Shown: positions 1 through 9,864, counted from the stretch's first letter. The stretch: 32,000 nt of DNA from Halomicronema hongdechloris C2206 (GCF_002075285.3 NZ_CP021983.2:450001-482000); one strand, 5' to 3'. The notes: generated by a model from the sequence alone, not told the origin. A program made the numbers and translations.

Positions 1-1396
1 CATCACTAGCCGTTGCAATTGCCTTACCATCATGGCTAAACTTTATAGCCCAAATAGCATCTTGATGCCCCTGGACGTTAGCAATTAAGGTTCCCGATTT
101 AGTCCACAGGCGCATAACCCCATCATTTCCTCCCGTCACCATTGTCTCCCCATCAGGACTAATATCACTGTCCCAGATGACGTCCTCATGTCCCTTGAGC
201 TCAACGGTCAGATGGCTAGACAAGTCCCACAGTCTAGCCACTGGGTCAAAAGCTGTGACCAACAGAGCTTGACCATTGGGATGAAATACCGCACTACTGA
301 CCAACCTAGAGGAATCGCGTAGCATCGCAATTTCTTTGCCCTCGCGGTTCCATAGCCGCACTGTGGCATCATCCAATGAGCCATCGTCACTAACATCCAT
401 ACTCCAAACCGTACTGGTATGGGCATTAACTTTATTTCTTTCCTGAATGTTGTCAAGAATCGTCTTCAGGACTACCAGAGGCTGCGTTGTGGGATAGTCT
501 TCTAAGGGACGATTATCATCCACTAGGGCCTTTAATTCTAGTCCATTCTCCATGGCACTGAGTAACGCATCTAGGGGAGCCGTTTCAAATTTACTCAGGG
601 CATAATTGCTTTCTCGTTCTAGATAAGTGGCTACCTTGGCCTCTTCGAGTTTTAGGTTGGCTTTCTGTAGCTTACGAGACGCTTGAATCGTCAGGATGCT
701 AACGGCTGTAGCTACACAGAGCGTGACTCCTAGCACAATGGAACCGAAGCGAACCATGTGCTTAGCTCGTTCTCCAGCTGCGACTAACCTACCGTTTGCA
801 GCTTCTACTTCGGCACTCTTGGTGATATAGGTTTGGTGCTGTTGGGTGGGCAGCGGAGTATGGTCTTCCTGCCAGGCTTCTGTTAACCAACGTTCTGCTT
901 CTGCTAAATCGCCCCCTCGCAATAGATAATCATCCTGACGGTGCTTCTTCTCCCACTCCAGAGCACGAACCAATAATCGAGTATGAGCTTTGATATGGAC
1001 TAAATCAGTGTTGAGGGTATTGACCAATGACTGAAAGGCTAACTTGAAGTCATGCTCCTCCTGGAAGAACAGCCAGTTGGTCCTGCTGATAGCTGGATGG
1101 ACCGAAGCCATATCAAACCCTTCCTGGCGCACAATTGGCACCAGTCGCTTATTGTGCTCAATGGCATGATCAATCTCTTGCCGACATACTGTTGAGGCAA
1201 TGGAATGAGGGCTGATGATAAAAATAAAGGTATCTGCAGCTTCAATTCCCGCCTGAATCTCAGCCCACCAATCAGCCGTGAGAGGAATATCTTCCCAGTC
1301 TACCCACGCATCATATTTGCTCTCGACTAGGGCTCGATTGAGAATCTGGACAAATTCCTTATCTTTGCGAGAATAGGAAATAAAAACATCAGTCAT
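1..1396 (-). CDS. TIR domain / single TM helix / WD40-repeat protein; 3' end truncated by the window edge
   Basis: Absent from the ORF track because no stop lies in the window. Hand translation of the minus strand from the ATG at 1396..1394 stays open to position 1. It reads MTDVFISYSRKDKEFVQILNRALVESKYDAWVDWEDIPLTADWW...FIFIISPHSIASTVCRQEIDHAIEHNKRLVPIV, which is TIR-like with a conserved Glu in CRQE. A hydrophobic helix FGSIVLGVTLCVATAVSILTI follows (~nt 686-751). WD40 units come next (..DATVRLW, ..DPVARLWD, GHEDVIWDSDISPDGE, ..DGVMRLW, GHQDAIWAIKFSHDGKAIATASD). Confidence 0.85.
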   Translation of the reverse strand, partial: MTDVFISYSRKDKEFVQILNRALVESKYDAWVDWEDIPLTADWWAEIQAGIEAADTFIFIISPHSIASTVCRQEIDHAIEHNKRLVPIVRQEGFDMASVHPAISRTNWLFFQEEHDFKLAFQSLVNTLNTDLVHIKAHTRLLVRALEWEKKHRQDDYLLRGGDLAEAERWLTEAWQEDHTPLPTQQHQTYITKSAEVEAANGRLVAAGERAKHMVRFGSIVLGVTLCVATAVSILTIQASRKLQKANLKLEEAKVATYLERESNYALSKFETAPLDALLSAMENGLELKALVDDNRPLEDYPTTQPLVVLKTILDNIQERNKVNAHTSTVWSMDVSDDGSLDDATVRLWNREGKEIAMLRDSSRLVSSAVFHPNGQALLVTAFDPVARLWDLSSHLTVELKGHEDVIWDSDISPDGETMVTGGNDGVMRLWTKSGTLIANVQGHQDAIWAIKFSHDGKAIATASD

Positions 1397-1819
1397 CGCT
1401 ACGCATTGCCAGAGCGACTAGGACACCATTGGTTATGCAATGACGCCATTCTTTTCTTAGGAGCATATTCGCCAAACCCTAGTGAGATCTCTTGAACTCG
1501 ACAGTTGTCCTAAAGATTAGCGATACACTGTAGTACGATGAATTCCAGTAATCGGGGCCTGGTTGGCAGTAGACGCTGAATAGATATACATTAGCTAGGT
1601 GCAAGAATCCGGTAAGAAATGGCTGATATTTAACTCGGAACTTGTCTGAGTCCAAATCAAAACTATGACTTACAAGTGTCAGCCTGTGCCCCTCTTAGTA
1701 AGGCGGATTAGGGCTCTTCGCGCAGTGCTTTACCCAATTGAAACTTGCCACGGGAAGCCCAGCGGTCCCAAACGATGGTTTTCAGAGACGGAGCTTTTCC
1801 TATGGCGGCGTGGAGCCTA

Positions 1820-2122
1820 TCATCGCTGCTGTAGAGGCTTCTTTTCTGCCGTGAAGGCTTCCTTCGCCAGCTTAGGGGCTTTGTTTTCTGCGGTGGAGCT
1901 TTCCTTCGCCACCGTGGAGGCTTCGTTTCCTACTGTGAAAGCGTCTTTCGCCAGCTTGGAAGCTTTGTTTGTCACCCTGGAGGCTTCCTTCGCCGTCGTG
2001 GCAGCTTTATTTGCGATCGCAAAACTTTCCTTCACTACCGTGAAAGGTTCCTTCGCCGCCTCGGAGGCTTTGTTTGCGATCGCAGAAGCGTCTTTCACCG
2101 CCGTGAACCAATAGTCCATCAA
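1820..2122 (-). CDS. Small Lys/Ala/Glu/Thr-rich protein made of 11-residue (33-nt) amphipathic repeats (LEA/apolipoprotein-like)
   Basis: ORF track gives 100 aa: ..FTAVKDASAIANKASEAAKEPFTVVKESFAIANKAATTAKEASRVTNKASKLAKDAFTVGNEASTVAKESSTAENKAPKLAKEAFTAEKK. The DNA shows a 33/66-nt periodicity. The antisense ORF (1665..2114 +) is also open but encodes a Phe/Ala/Ser-rich mirror image. The strand choice is a judgement. The listed start is TTG at 2122; an ATG follows at 2119. Confidence 0.4.
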   Translation of the reverse strand: MMDYWFTAVKDASAIANKASEAAKEPFTVVKESFAIANKAATTAKEASRVTNKASKLAKDAFTVGNEASTVAKESSTAENKAPKLAKEAFTAEKKPLQQR

Positions 2123-2378
2123 TGCGGACCTTCAGTGTCATAGACAAAATACTTGGTCAGGCAGCGCCAATGACCCCTCCGTCGACCGTGAGGCTTAGGA
2201 TGGCGGGATGAACTAAGGGTCTGGCGCTGCTGAGAAAGGGTTGCGCTCCTGTTTTGAGGGCAATCCTGCGGTGAAGCTTTGCTCTGGCGGGGTTGACTAA
2301 AGGAATCGCTCTGAATAATGACGATGCATTGACAGACTCTCAGGCAGAGTGCTCTGTGTCCCTGGCGAGGCTTACTCC

Positions 2379-2429
2379 CTGGATTCCCGCTACGCCCTCC
2401 GGGCACGCTCCGCGAGGCGCGGGAATGAC
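2379..2429. repeat. GC-rich palindromic element (CTGGATTCCCGC...GCGGGAATGAC family)
   Basis: attcccgc (2383-2390) and gcgggaat (2419-2426) form an 8-bp inverted repeat. The same termini recur at 5940-5966 and, in variant or reverse form, at 5851-5888 and 6013-6050. Confidence 0.6.
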
Positions 2430-2563
2430 GACCATGTAGTTTTCTCAGACAGCCAATTCACCACGAAAACAAGTCTTATCATTCTTCAGGTATCTTCCCG
2501 AAAAGGATGGAAAACCCTGTGTAGAGTTGGGAGAGTGGTCTGTCCGTCCCAGCTTTCCTGACG

Positions 2564-5521
2564 ATGCGTTTCAATCCCTGCCGAGTCCTCCTCACCAGCG
2601 TTGTCACCGCCTGGCTGGTGGCAGGGGCCAGCCTGTGCCCAGCCTCTGGTCAACCAGCACCGTCTACCCCTGAACCCTCCTCACCCACCCCCAGCCCCAC
2701 CGCCAGCCCAGTGCCTACTCCTGAGGAACGCATCGAGCAGCTCTGGCAGGAGCATCAGGTGTCTCTAATCCTGGCTGCCATAGTGGTCGGCGGTTATCTG
2801 GGAGTTCTGTGGATAAAGCCCCTGTGGCTGCTAAAACTGCCCTCCACCGATATCACCGTGCCCTGGAGCGACTGGAAGCTGCCCCTGGGAATGGTGCGAT
2901 CGCTTAAATATCGCGACCGGGTGCTGGATGTCTGGGTAGAACAACACTGGCAAACCGCGAAGGGGGAGTTTTTTAAGCTCTCGACCGTAGACAATCGAGC
3001 TATTCACATTCCCTTACCGGTGACCTTAGATAAAGTCAAGATTAGTGACCTAACCGGGCCGCATCTTGCTCCCACCTTTCAGCGGAAAACAGCAGTGTTG
3101 CTAATTTGCGGTGAAGGAGGCATCGGCAAAACCAGCTTGGCCTGTCAGATTGCCCAATGGGGCTTGGATAAACAACTTAGCCCTCACCGCATGATACCTG
3201 TGCTGATTGAAACCGAATTAGACGGTGAGGTGACCTTGTTGGCGGCTATTCGAGGTCAACTGAATGCCCTGACCAACCAGCCGGACCCGATTGCCCCAGA
3301 CTTGCTGGAGAAGCTATTGCAGCGCCAGCGCCTGCTGGTGATTGTGGATCATCTCTCGGAAATGGGAGAGGCCACCCGCGACCAGATCAAGCCCCAACTG
3401 GCTGACTTTCCAGCCAAAGCCCTGGTCGTCACCTCGCGGCTGGAAGAGTCCCTGGGGGGTATCCGCAAGACCGTAGTCAGACCGATGCAAGTAGAGGCGA
3501 ATCGGCTGTGGCCATTTATGTCGGCCTACTTGGAAGCCAAGGGCAAGCAAGATTTGTTTGAGGATGACCAATATTCTGATGGCTGCGATCGCCTCCGCCG
3601 CATGGCCAGGGAACGCAGCATCACGGTGTTGCTGGCGCGACTGTACATCGACCATATGATCCAAGAGCGGCAGGGAGCCGGAGGCATTTTGCCTGATTCG
3701 GTACCCAAGCTGATGCTGAGTTACCTAAATCAGCTCAATTTCAATCTGGCTGAAAATAGCCGGGATAATTTGGCAGTGCAGCGGGATGCCAAACTTATTG
3801 CTTGGGAATGCCTGCAGCAAACCTATCGACCGGTTTGGATTAAGAAAGTCGACGCCATCGCAGCGCTGGCCCGAGTCGAAGACAGCGCCTCTGCCCAAGA
3901 CCGACTCGAGTATTTGGAGAAACGCCTCCAATTTCTACAGACGCCTGAACCCGGTGACAGCACCCGCATTATCCTGGACCCGCTAGCAGAGTACTTGGCA
4001 GCCGCCTATTGGGTAGAGCAGACCTGTCAGCAGCCCAATCCCAAAGCCGCATGGCAACGCTTCTTCGCCGACGTCGACCAAACCCTGGAAAAAACCAATG
4101 AGACCCCAGAGATCATTCGTGGGTTTCTGCTAGCGGTGCGGGATTGCTGTATCGACAATGCCAATGATGACCGCATTCCTAAGGAACTGCCGGATCAACT
4201 AGCGCGTAAAGTCGATCTTGATCCTGAGGAGCTGCGACGACAGCAAGAAACCCGCCGCATTCGCCGGTTAATTTCAGAACTGTCCGCTCCAGAACTCAAA
4301 TACCGCCTTAGCGCAGCAGAAGATCTAGGGAATCGAGGAGCTGCAGCCAGAGTTGCCGAACCTAACTTAGTGGGTATGTTGGAGAATCCCAACCAAACTC
4401 TGGAAGCTAGGCAGGCCGCAGCTCAGGCGTTAGGAAAACTAGGTATTGCTGCAGCACCGCTGCTGACGTTGCTGAAGAACTCGAGTGAAGCAGCTATCCT
4501 CCGGCGCAGTGTGGCCGAAGCCCTGGGTCAAATGAAAACCGGCCAGGCTGAATTGCTGAGCATCTTAGAGGATGGCGGACAGCCCCTAATCCTGCGCCAG
4601 GGGGCAGCCCGGGCCATGAGCTTGATCGGCGCGCCCAGTGGAGAGCCGGTGCCGATGCTGCTGGTGGAATTAGGGGCCAAGCAGGTGACGACGCAGGTGA
4701 AACCCATCCAAGTCTGGCGAGAACCTCTGCCAGGGGATATCGACCTGGAGCTGGTGGCGATTCCAGGAGGCGACTTTCTCATGGGCTCGCCGCCGGATGA
4801 GGTGGGACGCGATTGGTACCCTTATGTATTTGCACAAACAGAAGGTTTGAATGTAGAAGCACAGCATTGGGTCATGATCCGACCATTTTGGATGAGCCGC
4901 TATCCGATTACCCAAGCTCAATGGCGAGCCGTTGCGGCATTACCAAAGATAAATCAAGATCTCGACCCTAACCCATCAAATTTTAAGGGTGATAACTATC
5001 CAGTAGAAGCTGTCTCCTGGTACGAAACGATGGAATTTTGCGAGCGTCTCTCTCAGTACACTGGAAAATCCTATCGCCTGCCCTCCGAAGCCGAGTGGGA
5101 ATATGCCTGTCGGGCTGGCACTACCGGGCCATTTCACCTAGGGGACACCCTGTCGACTGAGTTAGCTAATTACGATGGCAGCAATACCTATGGCAACGGT
5201 ATCAAGGGGGAGTACCGTCAGAAGACAACTGATGTGGGCAGCTTTGGCGTAGTCAATGCTTTTGGACTGGCTGACATGCATGGAAATGTGTGGGAATGGT
5301 GCCTGGATCACTGGCATTCAAGTTATAACGGAGCACCCACAGACAGCAGTGCTTGGGTAACCGAGGGTGATGATCGCTATCGCTTGTTGCGAGGCGGCTC
5401 TTGGCTCTACGTTCCTGATTGCTGCCGCTCAGCATTCCGCTTCCGAGATACACCGATTAACCGTAACATTGTCATCGGCTTTCGGGTGGTCTGTGTTTCC
5501 TCCTGGACCCACGCATCCTGA
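2564..5521 (+). CDS. Membrane-anchored STAND NTPase (NB-ARC-like P-loop) + HEAT repeats + C-terminal FGE-sulfatase (SUMF1-like) domain
   Basis: Intact 985-aa ORF. The N-terminus has a hydrophobic signal-like segment, a Pro/Ser/Thr linker (PAPSTPEPSSPTPSPTASPVPTP) and a TM helix VSLILAAIVVGGYLGVLWI. Walker A is GEGGIGKTSLA (nt ~3110-3142). Walker B is LLVIVDHLSE (~3332-3361), followed by ALVVTSR. HEAT/PBS-lyase-like repeats (RLSAAEDLGNRG..ARQAAAQALGKLG..LRRSVAEALGQM..RQGAARAMSLIG) lie at ~4286-4633. The FGE-sulfatase motifs are IPGGDFLMGSP, RLPSEAEWEYACRAGT, MHGNVWEWC and LRGGSW (~4742-5488). Confidence 0.9.
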   Translation: MRFNPCRVLLTSVVTAWLVAGASLCPASGQPAPSTPEPSSPTPSPTASPVPTPEERIEQLWQEHQVSLILAAIVVGGYLGVLWIKPLWLLKLPSTDITVPWSDWKLPLGMVRSLKYRDRVLDVWVEQHWQTAKGEFFKLSTVDNRAIHIPLPVTLDKVKISDLTGPHLAPTFQRKTAVLLICGEGGIGKTSLACQIAQWGLDKQLSPHRMIPVLIETELDGEVTLLAAIRGQLNALTNQPDPIAPDLLEKLLQRQRLLVIVDHLSEMGEATRDQIKPQLADFPAKALVVTSRLEESLGGIRKTVVRPMQVEANRLWPFMSAYLEAKGKQDLFEDDQYSDGCDRLRRMARERSITVLLARLYIDHMIQERQGAGGILPDSVPKLMLSYLNQLNFNLAENSRDNLAVQRDAKLIAWECLQQTYRPVWIKKVDAIAALARVEDSASAQDRLEYLEKRLQFLQTPEPGDSTRIILDPLAEYLAAAYWVEQTCQQPNPKAAWQRFFADVDQTLEKTNETPEIIRGFLLAVRDCCIDNANDDRIPKELPDQLARKVDLDPEELRRQQETRRIRRLISELSAPELKYRLSAAEDLGNRGAAARVAEPNLVGMLENPNQTLEARQAAAQALGKLGIAAAPLLTLLKNSSEAAILRRSVAEALGQMKTGQAELLSILEDGGQPLILRQGAARAMSLIGAPSGEPVPMLLVELGAKQVTTQVKPIQVWREPLPGDIDLELVAIPGGDFLMGSPPDEVGRDWYPYVFAQTEGLNVEAQHWVMIRPFWMSRYPITQAQWRAVAALPKINQDLDPNPSNFKGDNYPVEAVSWYETMEFCERLSQYTGKSYRLPSEAEWEYACRAGTTGPFHLGDTLSTELANYDGSNTYGNGIKGEYRQKTTDVGSFGVVNAFGLADMHGNVWEWCLDHWHSSYNGAPTDSSAWVTEGDDRYRLLRGGSWLYVPDCCRSAFRFRDTPINRNIVIGFRVVCVSSWTHAS

Positions 5522-5525
5522 GCGA

Positions 5526-5591
5526 GTAGGTTGGGTTTGAATAGACCCTCATCGAAAGTGTTGGGTCGCGCTGCGCTTGACGCCAACCTAC
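5526..5591. repeat. Long hairpin / dispersed-repeat-like element directly after the STAND stop codon
   Basis: gtaggttgg (5526-5534) and ccaacctac (5583-5591) form a perfect 9-bp inverted repeat around a 48-nt loop. The loop includes gttgggtcgcgctgcgcttgacgccaacctac, a motif type common in cyanobacterial intergenic repeats. It might act as a terminator, but there is no U-tract. Confidence 0.45.
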
Positions 5592-5838
5592 AGGAGATAT
5601 CTCGCTCGGCGTTCCGCAACCGGAACACTTCCAACATTTTGAGAGCTTTTGGGCTACATTCACCAGGAAACGGGCTTCGACTCCGCTCAGCCCTCGGTTA
5701 TTTTCAGAGCAAATCTGGGCGCGACCTATAATGGTGCTTTGGGGCTAGCCTAAGTTCTGACCGTGTATCTCCTTGATACTAACCACTGTAGTCGTATCAT
5801 CAATATGAAGCCGATAAGAGCTGATTTGCCAGAATGAC

Positions 5839-6084
5839 AGTTCCAGACCCCGTTATCCTGGGCAAGCGCAGCGCCACCCGGAATCCAGGTAGAGGTCTTC
5901 GCAATCGATAGACATTCCTTAGGCGCTGCTCCTCGGCAACTGGATTCCCGCCTCCGCGGGAATGACGGTAGTGTGTATTTTTCAGTAACCAAATCATCGT
6001 GGAAAAGAGTTCCGTCATTCCGGGCAAGCGCAGCGCGACCCGGAATCCAGATAGAGGTATCTGCAATCGATAGACATCCCTTAG
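5839..6084. repeat. Two ~80-bp direct copies of a palindrome-containing element, plus one short palindrome between them
   Basis: 5839-5923 (agttccagaccccgttatcctgggcaagcgcagcgccacccggaatccaggtagaggtcttcgcaatcgatagacattcctta) aligns with 6008-6084 (agttccgtcattccgggcaagcgcagcgcgacccggaatccagatagaggtatctgcaatcgatagacatccctta). The short palindrome ctggattcccgcctccgcgggaatgac lies at 5940-5966. The track ORFs here (5750..6160 -, 5800..6066 -, 5973..6191 +) just read through the repeats (CLSIADTSIWIPG / CLSIAKTSTWIPG). Confidence 0.7.
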
Positions 6085-6094
6085 TATGCCAAGG

Positions 6095-6194
6095 CAGAAG
6101 TAGGAAGGCAGAAGGCAAAAAGGGAGATCCTGATAAATGCAGCTTTGCCGCTCTAGTCAATCGAGGTGTTATTTCTGCCGCAGAGTACTAGATA
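6095..6194 (+). repeat. Left arm of an ~80-100 bp inverted repeat pair (partner 9634-9735)
   Basis: atcctgataaatgcaGCTTTGCCgctctagtcaATCGAGGTGttatttctgccGcagagtactagata matches the reverse complement of the partner, atcctgataaatgcaATCCTTCTgctctagtcaGTAGCAGTAttatttctgccAcagagtactagata. Identical blocks of 15, 10, 11 and 14 nt are present. Weaker similarity extends about 20 nt further out. Confidence 0.75.
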
Positions 6195-6295
6195 CTGCTC
6201 CTCGGTGATTGAATGCCTGCCTTGCGGCTGACCCAGTTAGCCTTTCAATCCTGAGCTCTGCTGGGCTTTAATAGGAACAACCAGCCTCCAAACCG

Positions 6296-7708
<1,413 letters not shown>

Positions 7709-7818
7709 GCGAAGTCGTAGGCTTTGCCTGCCCGGAGGGCATAGGATAGTCCTTTTCACTCTGACCCGCTTACCCTTTACCCTGGCTATTGCTCTAAACG
7801 TTTTGTGCCCAGGTAAAG

Positions 7819-8391
7819 CTAACGCAAGACAATCTGACGCCGGTGAAACCAACTAATGACCTGAGCGTGCTCTAACTCTTGCAATAACCTAGTCACCGTC
7901 ACTCGAGTGGTTCCAATCGTATCGGCAATGTTTTGATGGGTCAATCGTAGCTGAATTAGCTGACCTTGGCGAATAGGGCGACCAAATCTCTGAGCTAACC
8001 ATTGCAAGAATAGCTCTAGCCGCTGACGAATATTGCCATGACGAATTCTAAGTAACTCTTGCATTTGATGGATATGTGACAGCATAACTTGATGTAAGTT
8101 ATCGCAACCGTCAACCCTGATCAGAGTCACCTCTACAGTCGTTAAACACTCAATTTGAAACGGCTGAATACAGCTAATGGGTTGACCTAAAATATCTCCT
8201 CCCCACCAAAATCCTAAAGAGATCGTAGCACCGTCCTCAGAGATGGTGAATGTGCGTGCGGCCCCACTCCTAATTTGCCAAAGCATATTTTCACGCAGCG
8301 GAATGATCTCGCGTCGCTTAAAGCTGCGCACTGTATAGGATCCTAATGCAGGTGAATTTAGGTTGGAGATGTACATAGCAATAATAACCAT
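7819..8391 (-). CDS. Crp/Fnr-family transcriptional regulator (cNMP-binding-like domain + C-terminal HTH)
   Basis: 190-aa ORF. The beta-roll-like N-terminal part is LWQIRSGAARTFTISEDGATISLGFWWGGDILGQP. The HTH is LTHQNIADTIGTTRVTVTRLLQELEHAQVI. The DNA is low in GC. Confidence 0.8.
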   Translation of the reverse strand: MVIIAMYISNLNSPALGSYTVRSFKRREIIPLRENMLWQIRSGAARTFTISEDGATISLGFWWGGDILGQPISCIQPFQIECLTTVEVTLIRVDGCDNLHQVMLSHIHQMQELLRIRHGNIRQRLELFLQWLAQRFGRPIRQGQLIQLRLTHQNIADTIGTTRVTVTRLLQELEHAQVISWFHRRQIVLR

Positions 8392-8430
8392 CGAATAGCG
8401 AGCTGATCATTATGGCAATTTTTCACTGAC

Positions 8431-9015
8431 TCAATAGATCCAACTGGTAGTTTCACTTTTTCTCAGTAGAATTAGCTGACCCTGATTGTACATGATCAGA
8501 TTTTCCTTGCTGAGAGAAGTCAGTAAGCGCTTCACGGTAATTCGTTTGGCACCAATCGCTTCCGAAATTTCCTGGTATGTTAGACGCAGATCGATCAACC
8601 AGCCTTGCTTCACCTTGTAGCCAAACTTTTTAGCTAGCCATCGCAAAAAACACTTCAGTCTTTCCAGGACAGAGGTCGCTCGGAGAATGCAGTGTAATTC
8701 TTCTACCTGTTGTAAGTGCTTGAATACCGCTTCTAGCGACTGATCCCATAGATTAGCTGGCAAAGCGCTGACCTCTACTTCAGTTAAACACTTAACTTCG
8801 TAAGGGCATAATCGTGACAGAGGTTGGCCAACCACATCGCCTACGTGCCAATATCCCAAGATAACTGGAGTACTATCTCGATTCCAGGTCAACGTTCGAA
8901 CCACTCCGCGCTCAATTCTCCACAGCACGTCCGCCCGCAGTGGAATCGTGCTATTGGCTTGAAAGTAATGTGTCTCAAGTTGAGGTAGTGATAACTTGGA
9001 CAACTTTTCGACCAC
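8431..9015 (-). CDS. Crp/Fnr-family transcriptional regulator, tandem paralog of 7819..8391
   Basis: ORF track 8431..9021. It shares the layout (LWRIERGVVRTLTWNRDSTPVILGYWHVGDVVGQP; HTH LTYQEISEAIGAKRITVKRLLTSLSKENLI). A strong SD, aaggagg (revcomp of ~9027-9033), lies 9 nt upstream of the GTG at 9015, so I prefer that start over the TTG at 9021. Confidence 0.8.
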   Translation of the reverse strand: MVEKLSKLSLPQLETHYFQANSTIPLRADVLWRIERGVVRTLTWNRDSTPVILGYWHVGDVVGQPLSRLCPYEVKCLTEVEVSALPANLWDQSLEAVFKHLQQVEELHCILRATSVLERLKCFLRWLAKKFGYKVKQGWLIDLRLTYQEISEAIGAKRITVKRLLTSLSKENLIMYNQGQLILLRKSETTSWIY

Positions 9016-9017
9016 TA

Positions 9018-9215
9018 TCAAACACCTCCTTTTGAACCAGATAAACTAGATACCAGAGCTATTACGATGGTCAAGCAAGAGACCAATACAATCGCCATCA
9101 AGCTGAGTAAAAGATTGAGGAAACATTGCGGATGCTCTAGAACTCTTATCCAGACCATTTCAGAGCTAGGAGTAAGTTTATTCAAGCGTCCATCATCTTC
9201 TATTGCATCTGACAT
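9018..9215 (-). CDS. Small hypothetical membrane protein (65 aa), abutting the downstream Crp gene
   Basis: ORF track: MSDAIEDDGRLNKL...CFLNLLLSLMAIVLVSCLTIVIALVSSLSG has one clear hydrophobic helix. Its stop sits 2-3 nt from the Crp start. No recognisable family. Confidence 0.35.
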   Translation of the reverse strand: MSDAIEDDGRLNKLTPSSEMVWIRVLEHPQCFLNLLLSLMAIVLVSCLTIVIALVSSLSGSKGGV

Positions 9216-9360
9216 GATTAAAAGCTTCTCAATGTGATTTCAATCCTTTTCCAGTTAGATTCAAATCCCTTAAAAAGCAGAAAATTGGTCTTAGATAGTT
9301 TAAGCTTCGCTGAGCTTGACACACTCCAACTCCTGATTTGAAATAGAGAGCTCTCGAAAA

Positions 9361-9609
9361 CTATCCTTTGTCATGCGGTAGTTCGTCTTGGATAGATGAA
9401 AATTTCATGGAATCACCTGATCGTCTATCCAGCATCCTAAGTACCAGGGTAAACAGTAATACTAGAGCAACACTCGTGACTCCTATCCAAGTGAAAATGT
9501 GAGCTTCCAACATAGACGAATCATTCGGTAATAAGTTATTCAAATCGTTGGATGATATGAATGCGAACCATAGGACATTCGAAGTGCTGCTATGGGCATA
9601 TGTCAACAT
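9361..9609 (-). CDS. Small hypothetical membrane protein (~82 aa from the ATG at 9609; the track ORF starts at TTG 9633)
   Basis: ORF track 9361..9633. There is one hydrophobic helix (WIGVTSVALVLLFTLVL). The DNA is AT-rich and no family is recognised. Confidence 0.3.
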   Translation of the reverse strand: MLTYAHSSTSNVLWFAFISSNDLNNLLPNDSSMLEAHIFTWIGVTSVALVLLFTLVLRMLDRRSGDSMKFSSIQDELPHDKG

Positions 9610-9633
9610 GATATATCTCCAGTTTTTGAACAA

Positions 9634-9735
9634 TATCTAGTACTCTGTGGCAGAAATAATACTGCTACTGACTAGAGCAGAAGGATTGCATTTATCAGGA
9701 TTTCTCTTTTGCTTTTGCCATGCTCTCTTGCTTCT
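9634..9735 (-). repeat. Right arm of the inverted repeat pair (partner 6095-6194)
   Basis: The plus strand reads tatctagtactctgTggcagaaataa...tgactagagc...tgcatttatcaggat. This is the reverse complement of the left arm. The best-conserved ends (gagtactagata) of both arms face the enclosed 3.4-kb segment. Confidence 0.75.
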
Positions 9736-9864
9736 AACTTGTTGTATTAGGGTAATTAGAGCAGGAGCTATGAGGCTAAAAAAATGGGGTTTGGGTATTG
9801 CAAGAGCAGCAATAGAAGACAATTGTGCCTCCACCCCAGATTGATAGCAGCATGGAAAACGCAA

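Noticed and set aside
1665-2114. 149-aa plus-strand ORF over the 33-nt repeat region
   Set aside because: It is the antisense mirror of the amphipathic repeat protein. Its product is a Phe/Ala/Ser-rich low-complexity chain with an implausible N-terminus. I kept it only as the alternative strand in the repeat-gene finding.
2119-2561. ORFs 2119..2406 (-) and 2349..2561 (+) upstream of the STAND gene
   Set aside because: They are Arg/Pro/Ser/Cys-rich translations that run through the GGATTCCCGC...GCGGGAATGAC palindrome. They have no domain-like sequence and are typical GC-rich or repeat read-through.
5531-6191. ORFs 5531..5731 (+), 5750..6160 (-), 5800..6066 (-) and 5973..6191 (+)
   Set aside because: All lie inside the hairpin and direct-repeat elements. 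Their repeated peptide blocks simply mirror the DNA repeats, and the ORFs overlap each other on both strands.
9637-9864. ORFs 9637..9864 (-) and 9647..9844 (+), plus the shared peptide ..PDKC..ALV..ISA.EY with ORF 5973..6191
   Set aside because: The shared peptide follows from the inverted DNA repeat. Neither ORF has coding features, so I treat them as repeat sequence, not as paralogous genes.
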